Origin: Minisyncoccota bacterium
GTDB lineage: Bacteria > Patescibacteriota > Minisyncoccia > Phycocordibacterales > UBA2100
Length of the DNA: 64,000 nt
Direction: 5' to 3'
NCBI GenBank assembly: GCA_031291875.1
Contig: JARLIE010000183.1
Span: forward strand, 65,356 to 129,355
Positions 1 to 10,142 of this stretch are shown one piece after another. The notes under the pieces are model-generated. The model ran no database searches. It was not told the origin of the DNA and was given only the letters and a program-made list of their open reading frames with translations. Every line of letters starts with the position of its first letter. The first letter of the stretch is position 1. Made by a program: the position numbers and the translations under genes.

Positions 1-553
1 CACGGTCCGTGAGCATAAGAAGCGGCCTTGTGTGACCTTCGCTGATTTCGCCGATTTGTAGCGCATCGAGCATTTCTTTGGGTAGCGCGAGGATGCGAAG
101 TGTATTGGAAACGTACTCGCGGCTTTTGCCGACGCGGGCGCCGATCTCCCCGTGTTTTAATCCGAATTCATCGGCAAGGCGTTTGAACGCGTAGGCGCGA
201 TCGACGGGATTTAAATCTTCTCGCTGGAGGTTTTCGATGATCGCGAGCTCAAGCTTCATTCGATCGGAGTCTTCAGAGGTGCGGATCACGACCGGAACCT
301 CACGCAAACCGGCGAGCTTCGAGGCGCGCAATCTTCTTTCTCCCGCAATCAGCTCATATTCTACATAAATACCTTCGCCAGGACGTTCGATTTCCTTGCG
401 AGTGACCGTAAGCGGCTGCAAAACGCCGTAGCTGCGGATCGATTCCGCGAGGGATTGCAGCGCTATTTCGTCGAACACCTTACGCGGCTGGAATGGGTTG
501 GGTTTGATGCGATCAACCTCTACCCAAAAAATAGAGTCTCCGATTGAGGCCAT
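1..553 (-). CDS. parB: Chromosome partitioning protein ParB, partial (continues beyond window start)
   Basis: Reverse translation from ATG at 551-553 gives MASIGDSIFWVEVDRIKPNPFQPRKVFDE...LAIIENLQREDLNPVDRAYAFKRL...HGEIGARVGKSREYVSN. The ParB box (IENLQRE) and HTH region are present. Not in the ORF track because it is truncated by the window edge. Confidence 0.85.
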   Translation of the reverse strand, partial: MASIGDSIFWVEVDRIKPNPFQPRKVFDEIALQSLAESIRSYGVLQPLTVTRKEIERPGEGIYVEYELIAGERRLRASKLAGLREVPVVIRTSEDSDRMKLELAIIENLQREDLNPVDRAYAFKRLADEFGLKHGEIGARVGKSREYVSNTLRILALPKEMLDALQIGEISEGHTRPLLMLTDR

Positions 554-625
554 ATTCCCAGTATATCACGCTCATTATTTCGGCAATTTTCGAGGCTGAT
601 TCATGAGAAGCGCGTCAGTGACTGA

Positions 626-3600
626 TTACTTTTCACGTTCGTGCGGCGCTCGGAAGAACAGCACCGGGACCAGCACGAGTGTGAGGCAGATCGCGAAGGA
701 AAGTCCGAACATGACCGAATACGCGAGCGGTCCCCAGGTCGCGTTCGAGGCCACGAGCGGCACCATACCGATAACGGTCGTGATGGTTGTGAGGGCAACT
801 GGGCGCAATCGAGTCGCGGCGCTCTCCACGACGATATCGATGACGGGCTTATTCGGTTCTGCAAGGAGGTGTTTGATCATTGAATCCATAAGAATGATCG
901 CGTGGTTGATGATGACGCCGCCGAGCGCAATGATGCCGAGCAACGAAGTGAACGACACTGGCTGCCCCGTCAGCGCGAGGCCGTCCAAAACGCCGATCAA
1001 CGAGAGCGGCACGATCGAAAGCAGGTAGAGCGTATAGCGAATCGAATTGAACGCCACGATGAGGATCATAAACATGAGGATGAGCCCTGCGATGAGCGCG
1101 ATGAACATTTGCTGGAACGACTGGTTGATGTCCTGTGTCTCGCCGCCATAAGAAACGGTAATGCCGGATGGCAGGTTGAGCTGCGGAAGTTCCTTTTGGA
1201 ATTGTGCGACGACCGCTCCCGTCGTCGTTTTATCGTCCGGGTACGCCGAAACCGTTTCGATGCGCTTTTTATCTTTGTGCGCAATGGCCGCGTTGGAAAC
1301 GCCGAGATTTTCGTCGAGCACCTCTCCCAAAAGCACCGGGCCGGAACTGCCTTGAATTGTCAGATTTTCGATACTGTCGAGCGTCGTTTGATTGGTATTC
1401 GACGGATCGGTGTAGTTGGAATTCAAATTGAGCTTCACGATAACGTCGACGTTCTGGTTGGGCTCTGTGATCGAGGTCGCCTTGGTGCCATTGACTGCCG
1501 CTCGGAGCGTCTGAGCGATCGCCTGTGTCGTGAGGCCAAACGCGGCCGCTTTTGCACGATTGATTGAAAGATCAAGCTCAGTGCCGTTATTCTGTGTTGT
1601 CGACGTGATGTTCGTGACATGCGGAATGGTCGAGAGAAGCTGCTGGCCTCGATCGGCAGCGGTGATGAGATCGTTCAAGTTGTCGCCTTCGAATTGAATC
1701 TGGATCGGCGCTCCCGAAGAAGGACCGTTATTGGCTTGCAGCACTTGCACCGTCGCGTCGGTTACCGGAGCGAGACGTCGTTCAAGATCGCTCGCGATTT
1801 GGGTGCTCGTTTTCGAGCGATGGTCGGGTAGGTTGACCGTGATGTTTGCTTGATTGCTACCCGAAGAGCCGCTACCCGTGAGCGATGAGCTCTCGCCGAC
1901 CGTCGTCTCGAACGACGCAACGTCCGGGTCGCCGTAAAGAATCTCTTCGACCTCGCGCGTTGCAAGATCGGTTTCCTGCAACGTCGTCCCCTGCGGCTTT
2001 TGGATGTTGATGTAGACGTAATCTTGGTCGTCCTGCGGGAAGAACGTTGTTTGGATCAACCCGGTAAACGGAAGTGCGAGCGAGAGGATAAGCAGCACGA
2101 TAAGTGTTCGCAAGAATATCTTTTGCGCACGAGTACTCTCCAGCAGGGCTCGTAGTTTCTCCTGGTACCACAGGGTCACGCGATCGGTGTAGTGTTCCTG
2201 GAGTTTTTCGAGGCGGTTCGGCTGTTTCTTAGTGAAAAGGACGGCGATCAAAGGCACGATGCCGAGCGCGACGAAGATTGACGCGATGAGCACGAAAATG
2301 AGCGTATAGGGAATGCCAGCGATGAATTTGCCAATAATACCCGAGATGAAAAAGAGTGGTGCGAATACCGCGACGGTCGCCATCGTTCCTGCAATCAACG
2401 GCCACGCGTAGTCGTTGAGCGCGGCGCGCGCCGCCTGCATTTTGTCGCCATAGATGCGCATTCTGGCGTGTATCGCCTCAGTAACGACGATGCCGGAGTC
2501 GACAAGGATGCCGACTGCAAGAATAAGCGCGAAGAGCGAAATAAAGTTGAGCGTATTACCTGTCGTGTACAAGCCGATGAACGCGATCAAGAACGAGAGC
2601 GGAATCGCGAGTGCAGCGACCAGCGATTCGCGCCAGCCGATTGTTAGCAGAAGCGCGATGATGACCAACAGGACGGTCTCCATGCCCGTCTTCGTCAGCT
2701 CGCCAAGTTGTTTTGAAACTTGTGCGCCCTGGTCTGTCGATGGCGAAACGAATACGGTAAGGCCGTTTAGCGTGGTTTCCTGCAACTTAGTGATCTCTGC
2801 CTTGACCGCATCGTCAGTGCTCTGGATTTGGGCGGTTGATTGCTTATGAATGGTGAGTGTGACCGCCTGCGCGCTCGGCTTGCCGTTGAGGGAAAGGCGC
2901 GAATAGGTACTGGCAGGAGCGAGGCCGTTGGAAATAGTCGCGATGTCGCGCAAATAGATGACGGCGCCGTTTTGCTGCCCGACGGCCACGTCCGCGATCT
3001 GTGCGGGATCGGTGATACCACCTTGAAAGTTAACGTCGTAATTCACGCTGTCCATCGAGATATTACCGGCCGGCAGCGCGGCATTGCTGGCAGAAATCGC
3101 GGAAATTACGCTCGTGAGACTCAATTTATAGAGCTGGAGCGCCTGTTTGTTGACGATCACGTCTACCTCGCGCGGTGGCACGCCTGCCACGTCGACAGCC
3201 GAAACGCCAGGGACGTTCTGGAGGTCGGTTTGCACGGATTGCGCGAGATCCGAGAGTTGGGTCGGCGGCAAATCGCCCGCGATTGAGACGACAAGAATTG
3301 GCTGATCGCTGATGTTGATCTTCGCGACCTGCGGCGTAGTCGCGTCGGCCGGCAAATTCGGTACGGCTTTCGAAACGGCATCACGAAGATCCTGAATCGA
3401 CTGATTGATATCAGCGTTTGCGGTGAATTGTACGGTGATCTCTGAAACTCCCTGGCTTGAATTCGAAGTGATCGTGTCGATATTGGCGAGACCAGAAATC
3501 TGGTCTTCGAGCTTGTCGGTGACAAGCGTTTCCATATCCTCGGCCGAGGCGCCAGGAAGCGTTGCGGTTACGATGCCGTCCGGGATTTCGATGGAGGGCG

Positions 3601-3712
3601 TGTTCTCTTTGGGCATCTGCCACAGTGCATAGAAGCCCGCCACTACCAAGAATGTGACGAGAACGTAGCTGAACTGTTTGCGATCGAGGAAGAAATTCCA
3701 GAGCCAGAGCAT
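626..3712 (-). CDS. RND superfamily efflux transporter (AcrB/HAE-like), 1028 aa
   Basis: 1028-aa 12-TM protein with two large periplasmic loops; overall composition is AcrB-like. Immediately downstream of the adaptor gene. Confidence 0.85.
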   Translation of the reverse strand: MLWLWNFFLDRKQFSYVLVTFLVVAGFYALWQMPKENTPSIEIPDGIVTATLPGASAEDMETLVTDKLEDQISGLANIDTITSNSSQGVSEITVQFTANADINQSIQDLRDAVSKAVPNLPADATTPQVAKINISDQPILVVSIAGDLPPTQLSDLAQSVQTDLQNVPGVSAVDVAGVPPREVDVIVNKQALQLYKLSLTSVISAISASNAALPAGNISMDSVNYDVNFQGGITDPAQIADVAVGQQNGAVIYLRDIATISNGLAPASTYSRLSLNGKPSAQAVTLTIHKQSTAQIQSTDDAVKAEITKLQETTLNGLTVFVSPSTDQGAQVSKQLGELTKTGMETVLLVIIALLLTIGWRESLVAALAIPLSFLIAFIGLYTTGNTLNFISLFALILAVGILVDSGIVVTEAIHARMRIYGDKMQAARAALNDYAWPLIAGTMATVAVFAPLFFISGIIGKFIAGIPYTLIFVLIASIFVALGIVPLIAVLFTKKQPNRLEKLQEHYTDRVTLWYQEKLRALLESTRAQKIFLRTLIVLLILSLALPFTGLIQTTFFPQDDQDYVYINIQKPQGTTLQETDLATREVEEILYGDPDVASFETTVGESSSLTGSGSSGSNQANITVNLPDHRSKTSTQIASDLERRLAPVTDATVQVLQANNGPSSGAPIQIQFEGDNLNDLITAADRGQQLLSTIPHVTNITSTTQNNGTELDLSINRAKAAAFGLTTQAIAQTLRAAVNGTKATSITEPNQNVDVIVKLNLNSNYTDPSNTNQTTLDSIENLTIQGSSGPVLLGEVLDENLGVSNAAIAHKDKKRIETVSAYPDDKTTTGAVVAQFQKELPQLNLPSGITVSYGGETQDINQSFQQMFIALIAGLILMFMILIVAFNSIRYTLYLLSIVPLSLIGVLDGLALTGQPVSFTSLLGIIALGGVIINHAIILMDSMIKHLLAEPNKPVIDIVVESAATRLRPVALTTITTVIGMVPLVASNATWGPLAYSVMFGLSFAICLTLVLVPVLFFRAPHEREK

Positions 3713-3718
3713 ATGGCT

Positions 3719-5332
3719 CTATTGGGAGTCCACGACGATAGTTTCGCCGTCGGAGAGTCCGCGCGCATCGGAAACAATATCCATATCCGGTGTAAGACCA
3801 CTTGTCACCTGGACCTGATCGCCAAGAATGGAGCCAAACACGATCGGCTTCGCGACGAGCGTTGAAGAGCTTACGGTAAAGACGACCGGGCCCGTCGGCG
3901 TTATTTTTGCCGCGACGATTGGGATCGTAATCGCGCTCGAGCTTGCGGTTTGGTTTTGCTGCTGGGCTTGCTCCGCACGGGACAAATCGAGGGTAACCGT
4001 ATCGCCATCCGTGAGCGTGTTTTGACCGCTGGTGATGCCGACTTTTACCTCAATCTCACCCGTTGTCGGATCGATCGCAGGCGCAATAGACGTGACCACG
4101 CCTTGCGCACCGCCCTCGATCGTCGCCTTGCCGCCTACCGCAAGCGTTTTCGCGTCGTCCGGCGTAACGAAAGTATCGATCTCAAGCGCGCCAGGATTCG
4201 AAACTTGCGCGACCTGCGCGAACGATGAAACGAAGTCCCCTCTCGTGACCGGCAAACTTACGATCGTACCTGAGATCGGTGAGCGCACGATGGTTTTTTC
4301 CAAGTTCGCCTTGGCTGCATTCAAAGCACCGAGCGCTTCTTGCACCTGCGCTTGCGCTTGGGCGATGGAATTTTGAGTCCCCGCACCCGCGCTATTGGCA
4401 GCCGTTTGTGACGTAGTTTGCGCCGCGTCGTAAGAATTTTTCGCCGAGGCGATCGCGGCGAGCGCCGCAACGACCTCCGAGCGGCCCGCACCTACTGCGC
4501 TCTGATCTGCGGCGATCGTGGAAGCTGAGATGGTCTGTGACGGTATTGCTTCGTTCGCAGCCTGAACGCAATCGTTGAGGAAAGATGAGACGATTTTCGC
4601 GTCGGCGGTCATTGCGTCGAAACGAGCGTCGATCGACGTACTCGCGCTCGTTTGCGAGATCGCGTCCGAAAGCGTGCCCGTGAGTGAGAAGCGTTCATTC
4701 TGCAAATTCACGGCCAATTGGCTGTCGGGAATAGAAAAAAGAAGCGTCGGTTGTTGCGTCGTGCTTCGGGGATTGGAAAAAAGCTGGTCGGCCTTCGTAT
4801 GCACGGCGTCATCGAGCGACGAATAAGCACTTTGAAGCGAGGCGATTGCCGACGATTCTTCGTTGACAGCGGCTGAAGCTGCTTGTGAGGAGTTGAGCGA
4901 GGAATTTGCGGCCGTTGCACCTTGCGCGTTTTGGAGTGAGGCCACTGCAGCATCGTACGCGCCTTGTGCCTGTTGCACGGCCGCCTGTTCGCTCGCGTTT
5001 GCGAATTCTGCGATAACTTCACCTGCGCCGACGCGATCGCCGATCGCTTTCGAAAGCGAGGTGATTTCGCCAGAGCTTTGCGCCAGAATCGTCGCCTGGT
5101 TGAGGGACGTCACCTTTCCAATGACTGGCAGCGGGCCCGCCTGGGACGAGAGTGTCGCGACAGATTCAAGTTTTACGTGTGGGATCTGGAGCGGCGCGCT
5201 GTCCGTGGCCGACGGTCGCAGCAAATAATGCACGCCAATGGCACCAGCGGCGATAATGATCACCGCTCCCCCGATCGAGTAGAGCCGTGGCAGTGCCAGG
5301 ATATATACAGTAATTTTTTTGATGAAACGCAT
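3719..5332 (-). CDS. RND efflux periplasmic adaptor (membrane fusion protein) with long coiled coil
   Basis: N-terminal TM anchor, long A/Q-rich coiled-coil region, beta-barrel-like C-terminus. Operon partner of the RND pump. Confidence 0.7.
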   Translation of the reverse strand: MRFIKKITVYILALPRLYSIGGAVIIIAAGAIGVHYLLRPSATDSAPLQIPHVKLESVATLSSQAGPLPVIGKVTSLNQATILAQSSGEITSLSKAIGDRVGAGEVIAEFANASEQAAVQQAQGAYDAAVASLQNAQGATAANSSLNSSQAASAAVNEESSAIASLQSAYSSLDDAVHTKADQLFSNPRSTTQQPTLLFSIPDSQLAVNLQNERFSLTGTLSDAISQTSASTSIDARFDAMTADAKIVSSFLNDCVQAANEAIPSQTISASTIAADQSAVGAGRSEVVAALAAIASAKNSYDAAQTTSQTAANSAGAGTQNSIAQAQAQVQEALGALNAAKANLEKTIVRSPISGTIVSLPVTRGDFVSSFAQVAQVSNPGALEIDTFVTPDDAKTLAVGGKATIEGGAQGVVTSIAPAIDPTTGEIEVKVGITSGQNTLTDGDTVTLDLSRAEQAQQQNQTASSSAITIPIVAAKITPTGPVVFTVSSSTLVAKPIVFGSILGDQVQVTSGLTPDMDIVSDARGLSDGETIVVDSQ

Positions 5333-5417
5333 GCAGATTTCTCACTATCATACGCGATAAATCGCTTTTTTTCTACTCGGCACCTCAAAGACGCGCCTTT
5401 TGCATCGGTGTTTTGAG

Positions 5418-5499
5418 TGCCGGGAGAGGGAATCGAACCCTCACACCTTGCGATACACGATTTTGAGTCGTGCGCGTCTACCAATTCCGCCATCCCGGC
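5418..5499 (-). tRNA. tRNA-Leu (anticodon CAA), class II with long variable arm
   Basis: Reverse complement gccgggatggcggaattggtagacgcgcacgactCAAaatcgtg...gagggttcgattccctctcccggca. The 7-bp acceptor pairs, the TPsiC loop is ttcgatt, the anticodon loop is ctCAAaa. Confidence 0.8.
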
Positions 5500-5603
5500 T
5501 TTTGCCCGCAACCGTTTATAGGGCTCGTTCGAAATAATACGGGTTTTTGGCAAATATTCCACCGCATTTGAGATTAGATGATTTTTGTTGTATATTATTT
5601 TTT

Positions 5604-6017
5604 ATGTTACCGCTGGTCTATACCTTCTACCGTTTCGGTCGAAGCACCTGGAAAACATTCCGTGATCCCGAGTTCGAGGTTCTCGCGACGCTCGCCGTCG
5701 TAGTTCTCGGCATTGGCACGTTTGCCTATCACAGCATCGAAGGCTGGGGCTATATCGATTCGCTCTACTTTAGCGTGACGACACTGACCACCGTCGGCTA
5801 CGGAGACCTTGCGCCGCGCACTGAGCTCGGTCGCCTCTTCACTATCCCCTATATTCTCGTCGGTCTCGGTATCTTACTTGGCTTCGTCAACGCGGTTGCG
5901 ATGCACACGATCGAAGACGGTAAGCGCGAGGGCGTTATCATTCCAAAGCGATTCACCTTGCGCCACAAAGCAACCGGTCAAACGGAAGAAGTAGAAGCGG
6001 TCGACGTTGTATCGTGA
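5604..6017 (+). CDS. Small 2-TM potassium channel (KcsA-like); start uncertain (alternative TTG at 5547)
   Basis: Pore helix and selectivity filter SVTTLTTVGYGDLAP are flanked by two TM helices. Confidence 0.65.
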   Translation: MLPLVYTFYRFGRSTWKTFRDPEFEVLATLAVVVLGIGTFAYHSIEGWGYIDSLYFSVTTLTTVGYGDLAPRTELGRLFTIPYILVGLGILLGFVNAVAMHTIEDGKREGVIIPKRFTLRHKATGQTEEVEAVDVVS

Positions 6018-6919
6018 AAAGGCAAAAGATTCTCGTTATCGTCGGGCCAACCGCTTCCGGCAAAACAGCGCTCGGCATCGAGCTAGCTAAGAAATTCGCA
6101 GGAGAAATAATCTCTGCCGATTCCAGGCAGGTATATCGAGGACTCGATATCGGCACGGGAAAGGTCACGAAGCGCGAAATGCGCGGTGTCCCCCATTACC
6201 TGCTCGACATTGCCTCTCCCAAACGGACAGTCACGGCGCACGAATTCGCGACGAAAGCGAGGCGAGCGATTCGCACGATCGCAGCGAGTGGGTCGCTCCC
6301 CATCATTGTCGGCGGTACGGGCTTCTATATCGATACGCTACTGGGACGCATTTCATTACCGGACGTTCCGCCGAATCCCGCATTTCGCAAACGGCTGCAA
6401 AAGAAGACCGCGGCGCACCTGTATGCCCTGCTAAAAAAGAAAGATCCTCGACGTGCGAAATCCATGGATACTCCGAGCGAACGCAACAACAAAGTGCGGC
6501 TCATTCGAGCCCTCGAAATAGCGGTTGCGGGAAAGCCGAGAGCCGAGCTGCCCAAAGCAGAGTTCGATGTCTTATGGATCGGCATCTCGCCCAAAGAATC
6601 AGCACTCGAGGAGCGCATCATGCGACGCCTGAAGGCAAGGATGAAAATCGGCATGCTTGCGGAAGCTACCCGATTACACAAGCAAGGGCTTTCGTTCAAA
6701 CGAATGGAAGAACTCGGACTTGAGTACCGCGCGCTCGCGCGCTTGCAGCAAAAGAAGATCGATCGCAAGCAATTCGATGAGGAGCTGTTCCGTGAGATCC
6801 GCCGTTACGCCAAGCGCCAAATCGTTTATTGGAAACGAAATACGGAAGTTCACTGGTACGACCCTCGCCAAAAAACGAAAATCGCGAGCAAGGTCGCAAG
6901 CTGGCTGAAAGTAAGCTAA
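6014..6919 (+). CDS. miaA: tRNA dimethylallyltransferase MiaA
   Basis: ILVIVGPTASGKTALGIELAKKFAGEIISADSRQVYRGLDIGTGK P-loop and DMAPP-binding motifs; GTG start overlaps the upstream stop. Confidence 0.85.
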   Translation: MKRQKILVIVGPTASGKTALGIELAKKFAGEIISADSRQVYRGLDIGTGKVTKREMRGVPHYLLDIASPKRTVTAHEFATKARRAIRTIAASGSLPIIVGGTGFYIDTLLGRISLPDVPPNPAFRKRLQKKTAAHLYALLKKKDPRRAKSMDTPSERNNKVRLIRALEIAVAGKPRAELPKAEFDVLWIGISPKESALEERIMRRLKARMKIGMLAEATRLHKQGLSFKRMEELGLEYRALARLQQKKIDRKQFDEELFREIRRYAKRQIVYWKRNTEVHWYDPRQKTKIASKVASWLKVS

Positions 6920-6929
6920 CATTTGCGAC

Positions 6930-8129
6930 ATGGTGAAAATCCTCCGCGGACCATTCGCGTTCGTCACGGCGACGATGTTTCTCAATTTCGCCTGGCTCAG
7001 CATCATCATTCCGGTCATTCCCTATATCGTGCAGCACTATACGACGAACATCGCCCTCTACGTGGGTCTTATTTCGTCAGTCGCTGCCTTTTGCCAATTT
7101 CTTGTCTCTCCCTTTCTGGGATACTTGAGTGACAAATTCGGCCGACGACCCGTCGTACTGCTGAGCTTGCTCGGCGGCGCGGTCGGTTACGTAATGTTTG
7201 GCCTTGGCGGAGCGCTTTGGGTACTCTTTCTCTCGCGGATTATCGACGGCCTTTCGAGCGGCGACACGCCAGCGATGTACGCCTATATCGCCGACGTCTT
7301 ACCGCCCCATGAGCGCGGGCGCTACTATGGCATTTTAGGCGCTGCGGCGGGCTTAGGCTTCATGGCAGGGCCAGCAATCGGCGGGCTTGCCGCGCAAATC
7401 TCGCTCTCTGCGCCATTTTATGTTGCGGCCGCGCTCGCTGTCGCAAATGCGCTTTGGGGTTCGCTCGTCATGCCCGAGAGTCTAAAAGATGTTGACCGCG
7501 TTCACGGATGGAAATGGCAACACATCAATCCTTTTACGCAGTTCCGAAGCATTCTGACCTCGTTTACCCTCCGCGTTCTTTTCGCTGCCTCACTCATCTT
7601 TTTCATCGGTCTTGTGATGCAACAGAGCAACTTCTCCGTCTTCCTCAAAGAAATCATGCACTGGGGTCCAACCCAAATCGGTATCATGCTCACGGTCGTC
7701 GGACTCGTAGACTTTTTCGCTGAGGGCTATCTCAGTGGCAAATTACTCTCTGTTCTTGAAGACATGCTCGTCGTGGGCATCGGCGTCACCCTGACGGCAG
7801 TCGGCATGTTCCTCGTCGGAACAGTCGCGCTCACCGCTTCCGAGGTCGCACTCTATATCGGTATCATCATCTACACGCTCGGCGACGGACTTTTCGAACC
7901 CGCCATGACGGGACTTGTTTCGATGGCCGCCGGACCGCACGAACAAGGGCGCGTACAGGGAGGATTCCAAAGCATCCAATCAATTGCACGTGTTATTGCC
8001 CCGCTGTGCGCGGGCTATCTCTACGAAATGGCGGCATACCTACCCTACTTCAGCAGCATGGTTCTTATGGGCATCACCTTGGTGATTCTCACCTACTTCT
8101 CGAGCAAACTCGTTTTTGAGCGCGCTTAA
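6930..8129 (+). CDS. MFS transporter (12 TM)
   Basis: 399 aa with 12 predicted TM helices and an MFS-like loop motif GRRPVVLLSL between TM2 and TM3. Confidence 0.8.
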   Translation: MVKILRGPFAFVTATMFLNFAWLSIIIPVIPYIVQHYTTNIALYVGLISSVAAFCQFLVSPFLGYLSDKFGRRPVVLLSLLGGAVGYVMFGLGGALWVLFLSRIIDGLSSGDTPAMYAYIADVLPPHERGRYYGILGAAAGLGFMAGPAIGGLAAQISLSAPFYVAAALAVANALWGSLVMPESLKDVDRVHGWKWQHINPFTQFRSILTSFTLRVLFAASLIFFIGLVMQQSNFSVFLKEIMHWGPTQIGIMLTVVGLVDFFAEGYLSGKLLSVLEDMLVVGIGVTLTAVGMFLVGTVALTASEVALYIGIIIYTLGDGLFEPAMTGLVSMAAGPHEQGRVQGGFQSIQSIARVIAPLCAGYLYEMAAYLPYFSSMVLMGITLVILTYFSSKLVFERA

Positions 8130-8467
8130 CGAATCAGTAGCGACGCGAAGATTCCTGCGAAACCGAGCCCGAGCCCGATCGTCGCGCCCGCCGTCGGAAA
8201 CTGATGAAACACAAGGTAGGTAATGATCGGTTCCACGATCACGATCGAACCGACCGATATCGCCGTTACGATCCAGATATTTTTCAGCTGTTCGTAGCCA
8301 AGCATGTACCCACCGACGAGGCAGCCGCCGGCCGCCGCAATCAATATGAACATGGTCCAGAATGCGAAAGCCGCTCCCGCTTCCATGTTTTTCGAGGCGA
8401 GTAGTTCGGCGATAATCGAGAATGTTTCGCCGGCAAAAACAAGCACAATCGCGAGAGCGAGATACAT
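8126..8467 (-). CDS. Small 4-TM membrane protein, possibly SMR/DMT-like
   Basis: 113 aa with four hydrophobic helices. TM1 carries AGETFSIIAEL, reminiscent of the EmrE AE..GT motif. Weak call. Confidence 0.4.
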   Translation of the reverse strand: MYLALAIVLVFAGETFSIIAELLASKNMEAGAAFAFWTMFILIAAAGGCLVGGYMLGYEQLKNIWIVTAISVGSIVIVEPIITYLVFHQFPTAGATIGLGLGFAGIFASLLIR

Positions 8468-8540
8468 GGCGGGCGCTGAGGGAATCGAACCCCCACTGGC
8501 GGTTTTGGAGACCGCTGTTCTACCACTAAACTAAGCGCCC
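8467..8540 (-). tRNA. tRNA-Trp (anticodon CCA)
   Basis: Reverse complement gggcgcttagtttagtggtagaacagcggtctCCAaaaccgccagtgggggttcgattccctcagcgcccgcca. Cloverleaf pairs and the 3-prime CCA is encoded. Confidence 0.8.
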
Positions 8541-8705
8541 AACGGGGGCAAGTATACCGTACCAAAAGCACCCTCGCGAGAGTGATCTCGCGGGACGTAT
8601 TTTTGAATAAATGGGTCGAAATTCAATTTTACTGAGCCCCAGAAAAAAGCAGGAAAAGAGCAAAAAAGAGATTGGGCATTGGTTGATCTTTTACGTCGAT
8701 ATAGA

Positions 8706-8736
8706 TTGACAGGTGGAACTATTTAGTGCCTATTTA
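8706..8736 (+). promoter_or_regulatory. Candidate sigma70-type promoter upstream of the E2-like gene (TTGACA ... TATTTA, 19-nt spacer)
   Basis: ttgacaggtggaactatttagtgcctattta lies in an AT-rich intergenic region about 35 nt upstream of the ATG at 8772. Spacing is not ideal. Confidence 0.3.
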
Positions 8737-8771
8737 CATCCAGTCGCTCTCTAACATAGGGAACCAAACAC

Positions 8772-10142
8772 ATGGATGAGATTCAAGAGTCTCAAACGCT
8801 TTGCGTACCGGAGATGCTGTTCACCGAAACTTTGCGGGAAGAATTAGAAAAGGCCATGAGCGAATGGCGCATGGTTACCTATGCGATCCACGGCTTCATC
8901 TTCCGCTTTTACCAGGCGGTGGTGCCGCCCGATCTGGCCAAGTTCCTCGAAGACACATTTGCTTTGCATCTCAACACGTTCGTTGAATTCCCCGACCGAT
9001 GGTTTGCGGCGGGTGGCCTAAGTGTTGTCGTGGAGGAAACAAACCATTCGCTTTTCTCGGACGAGGGGAAGGCAACACTCCGTAGGCTCGAAGTGGTGCT
9101 GGGCAACATCAGCCAATGCACCGGCTACGAGTTTCTATTCCACGCGTCCGAGAACGACTTTCTGGCTCCGAAAAAGGCGAATCGGAAGCAGATTCATGTC
9201 ATTCTCGGCGCCGTTCCTCCGGGAAGCTCAGGATACGTGCTGCGCGATAAGCATCCGGAAACCGGAGAATCGTTCATCATGCAGAACGTAGCTCAGACTC
9301 GCGTCAAAGGACCAGCACCGGGCTGGGGGCACATCGTCAACGCCAAAGATGGCAAGCCAATTGCGCAGATTATCGGTCGGAACTTCTATTTGTTCATTCC
9401 GTCCGAGGGAATCGGCATGAATTTGCTGTCTACCGAGGAGGGCGCCGGGCTCTTCGAATTGGCACTTCGCCTTGCGTGGAACACGTACATCGCCGGCGTG
9501 ACAGCTCCGGAAGAAAAAGTGATCGAGAATCAAGATGACGTGAAGAGGTATCTGGCCCTGATTGGCTCGATAGAACCGGGAGACCTTATGGCAAAAAAGA
9601 TAGCACTGGAGGATGAAATCGAAAACCTTCGTAAAAGCTACCAAAAAAAGCTCAACCTCCTGCGTCACTTGAACACACTTTCTATCGACAGTATGCGACG
9701 AGCACGGAAGCTGCTCGAGAATATCGAGCCATGGCAGCCGGTACTGTCGCACCCGCTGCTTGATCAGATGAGCGTCGTCGCGCAAGCACTACACGTGCGG
9801 ACGAAACCGCTCGTATACGACGGTCATCATCTCGGCGCGTACGTCATAAGGTTCGATTGCAACCCCCTGACGGAGCACTGGAAGGTGACGATCTACTGCG
9901 CTGGCGAGTCGCTACACCCAAACAGTATTCCGCACCCACATATCGGTATGAGTGGCAGTATCTGTTTCGGCAATGTAGGACTGATTCTCGACGAAGCACT
10001 CGTCGAACAGCGTATTCCTGATGCCGTTTTGCTTTGCCTGCGATGGCTTGCCGACGGCTACGACGAAAGTGTTGCGCGGTACAAACTCAGCGAATGGCCG
10101 CGCGTCGAAACTTCCCCCAGCGAAACAAAGGAGACGGCATGA
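8772..10142 (+). CDS. Ubiquitin-conjugating (E2/UBC)-like protein with a ~330-aa N-terminal domain of unknown function
   Basis: C-terminal ~120 aa reads ...WKVTIYCAGESLHPNSIPHPHIGMSGSICFGNVGLILDEALVEQRIPDAVLLCLRWLADGY. This matches the UBC-fold HPN-x(6-8)-G-x-IC-(L/F) catalytic-Cys signature. The stop overlaps the next ATG (ATGA). Confidence 0.6.
   Translation: MDEIQESQTLCVPEMLFTETLREELEKAMSEWRMVTYAIHGFIFRFYQAVVPPDLAKFLEDTFALHLNTFVEFPDRWFAAGGLSVVVEETNHSLFSDEGKATLRRLEVVLGNISQCTGYEFLFHASENDFLAPKKANRKQIHVILGAVPPGSSGYVLRDKHPETGESFIMQNVAQTRVKGPAPGWGHIVNAKDGKPIAQIIGRNFYLFIPSEGIGMNLLSTEEGAGLFELALRLAWNTYIAGVTAPEEKVIENQDDVKRYLALIGSIEPGDLMAKKIALEDEIENLRKSYQKKLNLLRHLNTLSIDSMRRARKLLENIEPWQPVLSHPLLDQMSVVAQALHVRTKPLVYDGHHLGAYVIRFDCNPLTEHWKVTIYCAGESLHPNSIPHPHIGMSGSICFGNVGLILDEALVEQRIPDAVLLCLRWLADGYDESVARYKLSEWPRVETSPSETKETA

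Noticed and set aside
601-3632. Many 60-220-aa ORFs on both strands inside the RND transporter gene (e.g. 603-1028 +, 902-1567 +, 2840-3286 +)
   Set aside because: They lie entirely within, and antisense or out of frame to, a 1028-aa gene with clear transporter features. Their Arg/Ser-rich composition is typical of shadow ORFs in GC-rich coding DNA.
5260-5562. 100-aa minus-strand ORF
   Set aside because: It overlaps tRNA-Leu(CAA) and its flanks; it is a tRNA-translation artefact (SIPSPGT...).
8341-8571. 76-aa ORFs on both strands around 8304-8571
   Set aside because: They overlap tRNA-Trp and the start of the small membrane gene.
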